Shown here piece by piece: positions 13,644 through 27,372 of a stretch of 64,000 nt of DNA (its first letter is position 1; the number at the start of each line of letters is the position of its first letter). Position numbers and translations under genes: made by a program. Source of the stretch: Pelomyxa schiedti (taxonomy: Eukaryota; Protista; Evosea). Under the pieces are notes generated by a model, which was not told the DNA's origin, searched no databases, and was given only the letters and a program-made list of their open reading frames with translations. The stretch is from positions 1-64,000 of the forward strand of contig JAHLWZ010000663.1 in NCBI GenBank assembly GCA_020536535.1, in the 5' to 3' direction.

Positions 13644-16600
13644 TTACATAAACTGAAACACTATGGTGCTGAGGTTGTCTGTGCTACCTTGCAAAAACGC
13701 TAGGGAGGGTGAGTGGGTTGAGAAAAATAGTAGTACAACCTGCATCCCTTAGTGCGGTTGCAGCATCAGTAGCATTATCTCTTTCCCTGTGGGTCTTAAG
13801 AGAGGAGAAAGTGAAGAGAAATCCGGTCACACCTGACTATGTTTACAGCTTCTTGGGATGTGAGCACATCCCAAACACCATCGCACGCAAGAATGAGGTA
13901 CTTGTCAGTTGGTTGCAATTGTATAACAGAGATATCTGGAACACCAGATATAGTGGGCTGTTTGCAAGATATTAGAGTGGATGGAGGATTAATATGAGGA
14001 AACTTTAAAGGCACTATCACCCAGTGCCCTGGACAAAGCCAGTTCACCGAAAACTCGGCCTGAAAAACGTGAAAAATGTATTGAATGGCGAAAACCAACC
14101 ATTGACAGTAACAAAACCACCTAATTTTGTCAAAATTCTCCTTAGAGTGAATTATATTATTACGAGTGATTTAGATACCCGTTTGTAAAATTCGTTTTAA
14201 TTCGGATGGAGTCTCTGGTTTGTGGTCATCAGAAAGATCGATAGCAGTATTATTTCGGCACAAAACAGCACGGGAATCCCCCAAATTAGCAACGTACAAC
14301 TGAAGATGTTAATTCAACAAAATTATCACTGATATGTACCTCGCCAGTTGGGACAAACAAAGCAAGAACTGCAGCACTTCCATCCCCAAGCTTGAATGAA
14401 GCTATCTCCTTTTGACACTATAGCAGAAATTTAGGGAAGTATAATGCCATATATACTCGCTACTTCATCAAAGGCTGTCCACAGTGCATCACATACGTCC
14501 GCGTGGCCTTGAAATATTAACGAAAAATCAAACAGGCATCAGGAGTACTTAAACTGTGCTTGGCAGCTAAATGGGTGGAGAGGAGACCAGGTAAATCCCT
14601 GCAAGCAAGTTGGGGTACTGTAACCCCACTATGCCCATCAAAAATAGCAGCCAGATGAAAGCTGGATAATGTAAGTGGTTCACTGAGAACCACCATTGCA
14701 TCTTGCATATCTGGCCGCTTCCCACACATGCTGGCCCAGCCAGCCTAAAAATAAATTAACCGATACCTTGGGGGTGGCACACCAGACACCTGGATTTGGG
14801 GTGTGAAGGGTGGATCATCACTCAACTTCCGGGTATCAGCAAACGGGGGTAGTGGCTCAAAAACCAAATTCCCCTCAACCCAAACATAGGGTGTCGGTGG
14901 AGGGATAGTTGGTCCTGTTTTAATAAAGGGAGGGAACTGAATGTGTCATTTTTCACGCGCATCAATGTCTCGAGAAACCTCTTTTAGTTCGTTGTGATCA
15001 AGGTGAATCTGTCCTGTAATACGGTTAACATAGGCTGAGTAGCAACCCTAGGTGATGGCGTAGCAAACCTAGGGTAGAAATAGCTCCCAAGAAAGGAGGA
15101 ATCACTTTAAGATTGTTCACGCTCAAGTCAAGTTCTGTTGGCATGTTAAAACTTGTAGAAAGTCCCTACGTACCTCTCAAATCTGTTAATTTTGTGATGT
15201 TGTCTGGAAGACTCCTCAGACCATTATGGGAAAGGTTGATATCCTTCAAAGTTGTAACTTCACATAGACTGGTTATCTTCAGGCATCGTTAGAACCATGT
15301 ATAAAAAAATTACCTAAGTACATCAGTTATAACATTGAAGGTAAAGTCGACAACTTCAAGCTTGTGCAAATTGCCCAAATTCATAGGGAGGTTTTGGATA
15401 TGTGCGTTAGACTATCATATGTTTCAGTACAGAAGAGACGGGAATGATGTTTACCATGTAAAGCTTCTTGAGAGAGGATATGGAAGGAATCACTGTTGGT
15501 ACATGCCTCAAAGGGTTGCCAGAAAGGCACAAAACTTCATGGAGAGAAGTATTAAGCGTCACTCAAGTTAAACAATCTAGAAACCTTGCAGGGAAGTAAG
15601 TTCAGCAAGTGAGTCCGGAAGATCTGTAAGCTAAGAAAATGTAAGTAAAAGGGAAAAAAATTCGTGGAAGGTAAGAACCCTGTTGTATCCAAGCAAGAGG
15701 ACTTGGAGACTGTTCAAGCAACTTATGGTTGCAGGAATTGAAGTCAATCGATTCCCAGAGAGATTGAGATTCATAATTTGTCGGAGATTTCCGAAAAGTG
15801 GATCATGCAGTTCTGTAAGATTATTGTAGGCCAGTGACAGATTTCTAAGTGGAGCATTATCTTGGTTACTGAAAGAAAATGACTAACCTCACATCTCTGG
15901 CAGCATCCGCAGTTATTAAGAAATCTGTTATGTGGTTTTTGTTAAGGGAAATGGACTGCCACTTTCCCTCTTGAATATGCACTGGGCCACTTATAGCATT
16001 CGAATTGAAGCTGATTTCAGTCTTCAAAAACTAGTAAGCAAAATGTTTAACGAGCAAGCAGTTGTTTACTCACTGAAAATACTGAAAGTGTTGGTAGAGT
16101 GTTGAAGTGATTGAAGTTCAGCATAAGAGCGACTACGGGACAATTCCGGATGTCAGAGTGCAATGTAGAGATGTTGTTACTACTAAACTCAGCAAGTTGC
16201 AACCGCGTTAACTGTGCGAAACTGGGTGGAAGGCTGTCCAAGTTATTTGACCACATTTGGAGAGTCCGCAACCTAAGCACGAGAATTCAACAGTTATTCC
16301 GACAAAAGAAAAAGGGGTGGGGGAGATACGATGCAAGCCCACTGATAGTATCAGGAAGTGATGTAAGTTTGTTATTGGCCACATTGAGGTCACGCAAAAG
16401 GGAAAGGTTTCCAATCTCAGGAGGCAACACAACCAATTCATTTTTTTGGAGAGAAAGTGACACCAAATTTGTAAGCATGCCTTACCCCGAGTAAGCAGTT
16501 TACATATAAGTATTTACTGTGGATACCAATTTGGGAAGGTAAACTCTTCAGAGAATTTCTTCTCAAGTCCAATCTTGAAAGAGTTTAGTATAAATACTTT

Positions 16601-18311
16601 CCCTTTCCCTCACCTCAAGTATTATCAAAAGTGGATGTTGAAGGTGAGCAACATACTTTGTTAAGTTTGTGAGGGCTTCAACTTGTGGTGGCATGTCCTT
16701 CAAGTCGTTTGCACACATTGTTAATGACGACAAGTTTCTCATTGCGCAAACCTTGCATTATCAAACAAGAATAACAAAAATAAGAGAAATACATTCAAGG
16801 GAAAACCACCAAAATTGTTGTGAGAAATATCCATCTGAAAAATTCTTGGACAGATATGGAAGAGAGGAAGGTACTCACTTCGGCGCAATGAAGAACGGGC
16901 ATTTCAGTTATCTTATTTAATAATAGTGCCACAGTATGCAACGTTGTAATAGTACTAAGCCCACTGGGAAGCTTTTCACACTTAAGAGGCAAGGTAGAGT
17001 GTTCAGAAATACCCGCGAAATTTTGTTCCAGTTTATATCAAGTGATCTGAGATTAGGTACACCAGACCAATCCTCAGGCAGTGTTTCTATCTTGTTTTTG
17101 CTATAGAAATAAGAACGAAGTTTGGATTTTGAAGAGAAACCCAAGGTCCAAGTGCAGCAGAGTGGGACAGTTTATCTGTGGTAACACTTTTATTTTATTA
17201 CCAAACATTCGCAGTGTTTGCAATTGTGTAAATTGCCAGATTTCTTTGGGAATTTCCTATAAAGAAGAAATTAATGGGGACCACTGTTTCTACGTTTCGA
17301 ATAAACAAGGGAAACTAACGGAAAAAAAGTTTCCACTGAGATCAATCATTATAATAGCTGCATAACAACTTGGGTCTATCCTTACAGTTTCTGGCCTCCC
17401 CAAATTCTGACAAAGCAAGTCATGTAAGGAGAGGTTGAAATGAAAGAAGGAGCGGTTTTTGTTTAACCCCTCCCTTCATGCCTTTGCTTTCAACACTATT
17501 CTGTTCCCATTTGCCTGCCAATTTTGTGCTACTGCTACTGCAGCTGACATAGCTAAAAATATCACTGCCGTCAAACTCACAGCACAATAAAATAAAATAA
17601 AATAAAATAAAGAATAATAATAGCTACAACAACAACAACAACAACAACAAAAACAACACAAACGCCAGTGCACACAACAAAGGGTGGGCCAAAAGAAGAA
17701 GAAGATAAGATAAGCACACCAGCAGCCTTATCTTTCCTCTTCCTCTCCTTATATTCCCTGCAAATTTGCAGGTGCTTTGCAAATTGCTCCTCCTGCGCCG
17801 GGTACCTGTGCAGCACACCCCCTCCCCCAACCATCGCAGTGGCCCCAAGTGGCAGCAGTGGTGTCATCATCCCCCCACCTGCACCACCACCACCACCGCC
17901 GCCGCCACCCACTGCCAATTGCTTGGTTGTGGATGCAGCAGTGGTTGTGCTAGCACTAGTACCGCTACTGCTTCTGCTTGTTGTTGTTGTTGCTGTTGTT
18001 GTAGTAGAAGTCGTTGTCGTTGTTGTTGCGGTTCTGGCATGTGGCGGCGGTGGTGATGTCGACGAGGACGTGTGTGCGGCGGCGCTGCTGCTGCTGTAAG
18101 TGGGCGACACGGCCGACGCCATTATGGGACCAGGGGATTGCGGCGGCGGCGGCGGCGGGGCCCCCGTTGCCGCGCCCGTGCTCGTGCTCGTGGTGGCTGA
18201 GGCTGAGGAGTGCTGGTGCCGCGACGCCGGCGGAGGCGGTGGGGGTGTGTGCTGCGGTGGGCTGTGCGTAGGCTCGTTGGTTGCAGTGGAAGAATGTGTG
18301 GCTTTTTGCAT
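13644..18311 (-). CDS. leucine-rich-repeat + PP2C phosphatase protein with low-complexity N-terminus, many introns
   Basis: More than 15 LRRs (IDLSGNFF, LRMFGNKIKVLP, LDINWNKI, LSLQKNELVVLPPEIGNL, LQMWSNNLDSLP). C-terminal PP2C motifs GKRPDMQDA, IFDGHSG, LILACDGVWDV and GSTDNLSTIV. Start codon uncertain; the first in-frame ATG of the big exon is at 18311. Confidence 0.85.
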
Positions 18312-18761
18312 GTGTTTGGATGTCACTCCTTCACTTCAACCCCACCGTCCTTGGTGCTTTTTGGGCTGTCAGACTTGGCTTGTGGGTGGCTAAAGTGGGG
18401 GTGTGTCGTGGGCTCAAGTCGCAAAGGGCAGTTATGGGACCGGTCAATACTATAAAAGTGAAAGGGGGAAAAAAAATGCCGTATTGCGGCCTAGGGGTCG
18501 TTGTTTCGTTTTTTTGTTTTTGGTTAGTAGCTGTTCGGTGAAGTGATCGATGCTGATCTTTTTCAGGTCTGAGTAATGGTCTCCCTCCCAGAGACGGAAG
18601 AGCGAATGTCTCACAGGTGGGAAAGAAGAGTATCATTGCCGGAGTGAAAGGCCTGGATCGCCAGAATAAGAAAGAAGAAAGGCTGGGAAGTTCTCAGTTG
18701 CATGACTTTAATTAACCCAGAGAAGGATTAAAGGGGAAAAAAAAAGGAAAAAAGCACGAGA

Positions 18762-20297
18762 ATGATAGGACGAGAGGGGTTTATCGACGAGGAGCACGAG
18801 TCCGCCTTGTTCGCAAAAGACTTTGGTTTCCTTCAGGTCGGTTTGGGTTGGGTCTCCTTCTTCCTCCCTTTTCCCCTCGTCGCGATGCCAACCAAGCCAC
18901 CAACGCGCAGGCCAACCGAGCCGAGATCATCGAGCGCGCTCTGAAGTGGAGTGACATCATACAAGCAACTGCTCAGGACGCGTCGCCATCGGCGGCGGAA
19001 GTGGCTGCGACGCCGTCGGCAACAACAACGACAACAACAACAACAGCAGCAGCAGCCTCTGCTGCTGTTTCTTCTACAGCGACTGAGAGTGCAGCATCCG
19101 GATCTGGTTCTGGGAAATTGAAAGCGCCGAGGCCGTACACATGCGACCATGGTAAGCGCAATTGCAATTATGTGAAAGTATATTTTTATGTAAGGGAAGT
19201 GAAAGCACGCCTTGTGGAACGATATTTTGTTATGTGATTAAAGTTGTATCTTGGTGCCGTCTTGAAATGCTGGCTTTAACTAAGTTTAATAGGGTTAACC
19301 CCTCCTAGAATTGTCATTCTTGATGCCGAACGCACCTTCGTTGACCGCAAGAACATTAATTCACTGGTCAAGTTTTTGACCTTTGTGGACGACGAATTTG
19401 GTGACTACGCACAAGGAATGGCTTTCTTCGCCGCTGCGTTACTTCTGGTTTTGGAGGAAGATAGGTACGATATTTTCACTGGTCGACTTTGACATGTATT
19501 TTTGACCTTGATTAGAGTACTTTCTATTCTTCGCACAGTGGGCCACAACAAACGGTTTTTACCTGGGTATTGGCAAACTGAGGCCGTGAAATACGCCACA
19601 GATGCTTATTACTTTGAGCACCTTCTGAAGAAGTATGTCCTTCACTACAGCCCTGATACGAAGTAACTCCCAAAAGACACTTCCCCCAAATTGCCACCCA
19701 CCTTGCTAACAACTACATTGTCCCTGAAATGTTTTGTTCCAAGTAAGTATATCCCTTGATTGACATTCACTAATCTTACTAAAGGTGGTTTGTCGGCCTA
19801 TGTGTTCACGTGCTACCTTTCGAACACCTCTTCAAGTATAACATAATTTTCCCTCTTTTGTGTCTGACATTTTCAAGCTTTTTTGAGGGGTTTTTCCGGG
19901 AGGGAAAGCCTTATCTGTTCAAGTTTGGTCTCTCACTTGTGGAACAATTGCTTCCACAACTCGAGAGTGCACCAGACACATCCCGGCTATTGGAGGTGCT
20001 TAGACTGGAAAAACTTGGAACTGTTGACCTTGGCGCTATTATTTCCGGAACAAGCCACTTTGATGTGCAAACAGGTGAGATTACTTTTCCTTTCCAAGGT
20101 GGGTGACCAAACCCCAGGCCCTGAGTATGAAGCCCTTTGTGCTGAATTGTACGAAACTAAACTGAGGAAAAGAATAGAAGCTGCCAGAAGACAGTATGCA
20201 TCCCTCTCAAATTTGAAAGGATGAAAAGAACCTTACACTCCACAGGCAGGAAGAAGACTCTGAAGATGAAATAACCTTCTCAGATGAGGAGGACTGA
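18762..20297 (+). CDS. Rab-GAP TBC-domain protein, spliced
   Basis: ILDAERTF (Arg finger), DYAQGMAF (Gln finger), KWFVGLCVHVLPFEHLF and FFREGKPYLFKFGL; acidic tail ..FSDEED*. Confidence 0.88.
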
Positions 20298-20677
20298 GTG
20301 CCGTATTCACCACCCAGAGCCTTGATTGTTTTTGTCAATAGAACCAACCAAAGTAGTAAATATTACAAAAGAAAATGCAAGTTCCAACCCCAGCCAACGA
20401 TGCTGCAGTTTCTTTGTCTAATAATTGGTCTTTGTTTGGGGATGTCCAGGGATAATTTAAAAAGAAAAGCGGATTTCTGCGCCGTTTAGAGCCAACGAGC
20501 GTTTGTGGACCATGTTTGATCTCAGCGAAATCAGGAGATCAAATCAACCACATCATACAGGAATGAGCCACGTTCTTCGAAAGTTAGATCGGCGAAGGAG
20601 GAGACCTGCCGGCAATTGGCTGCAAGAAAAAAACGAAATATCAACAAAGAAAAAAAAACGAAAGACTGTAAAGGCTA

Positions 20678-23600
20678 ATGAGCGAAGTTGGGGGTGAGTC
20701 GGAGGCCGGGTCTGCGACAGCGGGAGATCTTGGCACAGAGCTTGAGGAACGTGGACATGAAACTGACGCAATCAATGAGGATGACGCTGCCGAGCAAGGT
20801 GGTCGATCTAGGGCGTCGTCGTTTTCCAACTCCACGTCATCGACGTCGTTCTCTGCTTCCTCGGCAGACTCATCGTCAACGAAATCGGGACTTAGTGCAC
20901 TCAATCTGGCCACTGTGACAATGTGGTACACTTCGGGCGCACGTGCAAGCACGATGGGGCGATTGGCCGTTCCCCTATTGTTCATTCAAGTCCTTCAAGT
21001 ATGTTTGCCCAATTTTTTTTTTCTTCTTGGCAGGTGTAAGAAGCTTTGGTAGGCAATTAGCTTCACTCTGGATCCTGAGTTGGGCTGGAAGAATATGAGT
21101 AGCGCGTGGGGTAACTTGTTGAAATTTATTACTTTTTTCCGAACTTTGGGAGTGACATATAACTACAGTGAGTACATTTAATTCTATATGGCAAGGTAAC
21201 CGCCCTACAGCAACTATTCTGACACTGGAGATTGTATTTTCTGTATATATTGTACTGATGATAGTTGGTGTAATTGCGGCTACACTCTACCATCGTACAC
21301 AATTCAAGGGGGTGGAAACCAATCTGGGATTAGCTCTTCTTTTTGTGGTCTGGGTCCTTATTTTCCTCTTCCTTAAGTGACTCATTGTTCCAAGGTTGAG
21401 CTATTCGCCACTGTACTATATGCTCCTTTTGCCCACACTACACTAGCAGTAATTGGTTGCGGTGAGACAGCACCCTCTGGCATGAACCAAAAATGTTCTT
21501 CCGCTGCAATGGTAGTTTAATTATGTTGCTCACACTTTTCACTTTCCAAAAGATTATTCAGTCCTCCTCCATGGGGGTGTTGTTTCTACTTGGAACCGCA
21601 ATTACAGTTATCAGTGCCTTGTTTCAGTATGAATACCACATTCTGTCCAAACACCCATTTGCTCGTTTCCTTTCCCGAGGCGAATTGATCTTTTCTTTAA
21701 CGGTTTTCCTTCTACATCCATTTTCAGCCCAACATATTTTCAAAGATTCTTGTTACCTCGTGCTTGTCTCGGTATCTCAAATTTAGCTCGATTCATGTGG
21801 CTGTTGCTCAATCTTTGGTATTCACAGTTTACACCTAACTCGTTCCTGTCCCAATTTTAACAACTCTAGATTGCTTTCTCGTTGCTGTGTGGCTGTGTAG
21901 GCATTGTTGCGTATACACTTGTTTATGCCCCCTATTACAAGTGGTGGGCGAACCATTTGAGAATTGGGTGTTTTTCGGCTGTTACCATCATAGTAATAAT
22001 CTCCATCTTCCAAGTGGTATGTAGAACCATATCCTCATAGTGGTTCTCATTGGTTCCAAGATTTTCCCTCAAAAAGCAACTACCATATTAATCGTCATTA
22101 TCTCTTCTATTGCTCCACTTGTTGGCATTTGCACCTTCAGTTCTGTAATATTTTTCAAGTCTTCTCTCAGAAGTGTGAACAGGTTTTCCTGTCTTGCCAC
22201 TCTTTTTTCTGAGTTTCGTAGGAAGTTTAGAAGCCTACTCCAAGTTGATGGTGTGAATTTATCTGAGGAAAGTCGCCAGATTTTGGTGAATCAACTTGCT
22301 ACACGTCTCTCTACGCTACGGCACATCATTTTTCATCTTTATTGGGACCTTAAAAAGGAGGTTTTCACACCATTTTCATTGGAATTGTTGTAATTTTCCT
22401 AGACTGGGCAAGATTACGCTGACACTCTTAGCAGTGTACTTTTGGCTGCCATAGATGGCCACCACACTGTTATGCCAGAAATTGTATTCTCTTTGTTAAT
22501 TCGTTTCTAAGATGTTCATGTATAACTGTAGTTGTTCTCATTGTTCATGGCCGAACACTCTGAAGATTTACAAACTGTGGCTATCCATGTAGAGCGTGCT
22601 CAAAAGTACAAAATCTCCTGGCCGGACATCAAAATACTTCTCCTTCGAATTGAAGAATACAGAAAGAGAAAAATGCGCACTCTGGATGGTGGCAATGAGG
22701 AAATTGAATCTGTATCTTGGCTCCTGTGATCAACCAAAACTTACCCTTGTAGGGTTTCAGAGAGACAGATAAATTACTCAAAAAAGCAAAAAATGCAATT
22801 AGTCAATTTTGGCAGGTTTAGTAGTGGAGCCAAATTATGTACTAAATCCCAATCAGCAAGTTAGTTCCCGTGATGTTTCAGGCCTTCCCGCCGTTATCTC
22901 CGCCCTAGATAAGGCAGAACAGAAGGCACTACTTATTTTTGGAAGGCTCTTGAAGAAGTTTCCCAAGTCTTCCAAGGTGCTGCGCCAGTATGGAATGTTT
23001 CTGGAGGAGGTACTGTAAGTGGTTGTACTATTACTCTCCAACACGAAAAGGTTTCAAATGAGCCTCAAACGGCGCAATTAATGTATGCAAATGCCGATTT
23101 ACTTGAAGAAAGCCAACCCAAGCACCACAAGCATAAAATGATGGCTTCAGGGCATTCACACAGTAGTCACAGGCATAAATCAGTTGGAAGTGTGATATTC
23201 TTAGCCACTTCGAATCTTTAACTGCTACTCAGATTCTGTACTGCATGCCAATGATCCAGGCAAGCATAAGCACCTCGCAGAGATACAAAAACTTCAGTCA
23301 TACAAAGACAATATAGAAAACTTGGATAAATCCAAATTCAGGTTCCAACTAATTAATAAACAAAGGCACCCACCCATTTTCCTCCAATTCAATTTCCTTC
23401 AGACAACTTCAATTTGCCATTTTCGCGGTTATAACTTGTATGCCTTACCTTCCATTACTATACTCAACCAAGAAAAAGTTTCGTTGATTAATGTCACTCT
23501 CCTCTATGGGTTCTCCCTCTGGTCATTCCGGTAACACCCAAAAAACTTCCATGTCCTGACTTCCTGTTAGGAGTCTTAGTTTTGCTTATAAGCAGACATC

Positions 23601-26600
23601 AGAGACCGCCAACCTGACATCGTATTCCTATTTTTTTTGGTGTTTTGCTACTGAACACTTTCACAAAGATACATTCCATATATAAATACAAATGCTGAAA
23701 GGCATCTTATGCAACTTCTCTATCCCACCTATAACGCGTGGAACGCGACATCGGAACTCGAAAGCACTGCCAGTGATTTCCAAAATCTTGGCCGAAATCT
23801 TAGTACATTTCTGTTGAATACAATGGGAATTCATTTGTCCAATAGGGATAGAATCTGCTACCCAAAAAGGAATCGATTGGAATCTGTGGACACAAGAAGT
23901 TTATAATATTACCATATGGGATGGAAAACACCAAACGAGGCACCCAATGCTAGCAAGTTTAACTTTTTGTATGGAAGAATATGGCAGGGCAGCATATAAT
24001 TTGGCCAGCAAAAGCCATGCAAATGGGCTCTCTTTTGAGTGGGATCCCGATTTTCGTTTCATGTTGGTAGGTTTCTATCATCAACTTTAATATTTCCTTA
24101 CATGCTGTTGAAGGACAATGGCTACCATACAATTCGGCCTGCTTTGGAGTCTCTTACACTATCTTACCGGGTTAGCTCCTTATTTTAATTTGGCCCATTC
24201 CTAGCTACGCACCTGATCTATTGTTAGAACTTAGCTTTAGACACTATCCGGTCCTCCAGGATACTCCTGGGTGTCATTTTTCCGGTGACAGTAGTGCTTA
24301 TTGTTCTATGTGCAGGGTTTTTCTTTGTTAGGACACAACACTCCATACAAAAAGTCCGACACTAAAACCTTTGTTGCTCCTTATTCATCTACAGGAAAGA
24401 ATTGAGGTTTTTAGGCTTTTTCTGTATCTTCCACATGGAACTGCATTAAACATTTATAATAGCATCTCTGGCTCAAACCTTGAAGGTGTTTCCAACTTTG
24501 GGTTTTTTTTTTTTTTTACTTTCTTCTAGGGGTACCATCTTCTACTTCCACTACCCCTGGACCTGGCTCCCAAACAGGCACTCCAGAAACTTGTAAAGAA
24601 ATTACTTTCAAAATTAACCATCTCCGTGATCCAATAACCATCCGGTACACATAGTTTTTTTTTTTGTTTAATATTCCTACTTTCTTAGCTTTATATTTGG
24701 GGTATTGGTTCTGCTACTTTGTATTACTACCATCGCACTGTTCTCCATATTTGCACTTCGTGAATTACAAACTCCATTGGATTTAGTTACTCTCAGGTAT
24801 ATAGTGGAAGTTATTTATTAGTGCTTACTTATCTGCATAAAAAGGATACTTGAGCGGACAGCTCTCCAAAGGATACAGACTTCAAATGCCGCTATTATTA
24901 ATAGAGACGTTCTGTCCTTTGGCAGTATTGAGGGTTTATATGCCAATGTGGACGCTTCTCTTGAATACTATGACTTGATCCAAAACCTTTCTAGTACTAT
25001 TAGTCGTGTTTACAAAAAAGAATGGGATTATGAACCCATTAGAGATATTCTGACGGAGCGAGATTGCACCGGCATAGTACTGGGGGAGTGTGAAGGCGTT
25101 ATGGTATTATCCTTCATTTGAGATCAGTCTCTGGTTTACACAGTTGACAGGAGATCGACAACATTTTTATTTCCACTGCAGTGACTGTGAAGGTATGTGA
25201 AAATTTCAAGGTGGTAAATTCTAATGGGCCCTAGAATCTTCCTCTTAATAAAACCACTTGTGATGATGAAAATTGGCTCCTATCAGACAGAATCGACACT
25301 TTGGCACTTTGGACTTGGCATATTGAATATGTATGTACCCCGACATCTTCAAGCCATGTGATAGTTATTCCATTTAGGAGGATCTCTTTTTATCCTTGAT
25401 TCTTTCAACTGTTAAACAGTTTGAAGGCATCATCACAATACTCTTTGTATTTGCGTTTTTTGCATCGGCTATTTTCTACATCACGTTGCACAAGCCTCTC
25501 TCTCGTATTCACCGAGAGCATGTTCATATACTTCGGATGTTTTTATATGTGCCTTGGGATACCCTGGAGGCAACACCACAAATAAAGCACTTCCTCGAGA
25601 CTGGAGAAAAAATTGATACAAATACTCAAATGCGGAAGATGATACATGACACGCAAACGAAGTCGGAAAAGCTTATACAAGCAGCTGCCGATGCTGTGAT
25701 AATATGTGGCGAAAACCTGCTTATCAATACTTTTAATGCTGCAGCGGAGAGCATGTTTGGGTTTGTTTAATTTTTTTTGCTGTTGGTGGTTCTCATTTTG
25801 CTCAGCTGGAAGGCAGATGAAATAATAGGATCTCACCTTTCCCGCCTTATTTCTCCCGAGTGGTTGGAGTCTCAAAAAGTGGGAATTTCCTTTTTTCCAA
25901 TATGAACCAATACGAAATAGAAAACAACAAGCGAAAAGAACACAGAAGCAGTAGCATTTTCCAAAGATACAGGGAAATTCCCAGTTTTACTATCGAAGTC
26001 CACTGCTGTTCTTGAAAGTATGCAAGATCTTCCTTGTTTATTTTCAACAGTCTTCAGGTGGAACCGTTCTGATACTCATTGTTCGGGATGTCCGCGAAAT
26101 AAAGTAAGACAAAAATCTTACAAGAATTTTTACATTGCATCAGAGGCTATAAACTAATTCTTGAGCAAAATGAGGACTTCCTTCACAAAATGCTCCCAGC
26201 AACGATTGCCCAACGCCTCAAGTCCACAATTTCTAAAGCGACTGATGACAATGAACGATTGCTTATAGCTGATAGCCATCCAATGGTAGGTAGCGCACAC
26301 TCTTTTCCATCCTAATGGATTTGTCTGGCAGGTCTCCATCTTATTTGCTGGTTGATACCAAAATAAATTTGAGATTTCTCATCATTATAGATATGGTAAA
26401 ATTCAGTGAATGGAGCACAACAATAGATGCAGAAAAATTAGTTCAGATTCTCAATGATATAGTTTGTATCTGGGATTTAATATCTCTTTCTCTTGGGGTG
26501 GAAAAGATCAAAGTACCTGAACTTTTTTTCTATGGTTCACCTAACCACTGGTAATAGACGATTGGTGACAGTTACATGTGCGTGTGTGGCTGCCCTGAAG

Positions 26601-27251
26601 CCAACCCAAATCATGCCAGAATCCTACTTGAGTTTGCTGTAGAGATGTTGTGGTCTTTAGACAGATACAATAAGATTAGCCATACCGATGTTCATGTACG
26701 CATTGGAATAAATTCCGGCCCTGTAGTTGCCGGGGTTATTGGGGCTTCCAAGATTATGTATTCCCTTCATTCTCTGTCAACGTCACCCTAATCCAAAACC
26801 CAGGTATGACCTCTGGGTATGAAAAACCTGCTCTCCAAACCCACACTATAAATAATGATCACTATTCGAATTAAAATAACATTCTCGTAATTAAGGGCCC
26901 TTCGGTGAACATGGCATCACGAATGGAAAGTAGTGGAATATCAGATTGCATCCAGGTAAACCAAGTCCCAGACAAGTACTAATTCATTACTCAATAACAA
27001 AACACCAGGTTACGGAGAACACTGCCCGCCTACTTGGCTTTGAATCGCTGCAGCCTCGTGGCGAAGTCAACATTAAAGGAGGACACGTAGTTCAAGCCTA
27101 TCTTCACACACCCTCGGCACTACCCCCAGAGCGGCAGAAGTTCCTGGAAGACCTGTTCCAAGACAACGCATCCCCAACAGGGATGACTTGGGGAAAGCAC
27201 ATCACAAAAACACCCTCGTTGGTGTCTGTGCAGTCTGTCAACCAGTTCTAA
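20678..27251 (+). CDS. large multi-pass membrane protein: TmcB/TmcC-like region + PAS + class III adenylyl cyclase, many introns
   Basis: Many hydrophobic exons; helical repeat LLKKFPKSSKVLRQYGMFLEEV; PAS-like KSEKLIQAAADAVIIC..INTFNAAAESMFG; cyclase core SILFADMVKFS, EKIKTIGDSYM, RIGINSGPVVAGVIG, MYDLWGPSVNMASRMES and RGEVNIKG. 5' end uncertain. Confidence 0.85.
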
Positions 27252-27372
27252 CTGGCTTCACCAGTTAGAATCAACATGTGCATTTTTGTTTGTTTTGTGG
27301 ATAATTTTCCATGGTTTTTGAATTTTTGCATTTGCAAACGAATACTATTAAATATTTTGTCACTTCGGTTTG

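Noticed and set aside
17624-18541. Long plus-strand ORFs rich in C/V/G/A (also 51806-52228, 47256-47795, 36077-36843, 11955-12464)
   Set aside because: These are antisense shadows of low-complexity or conserved exons of the genes on the other strand.
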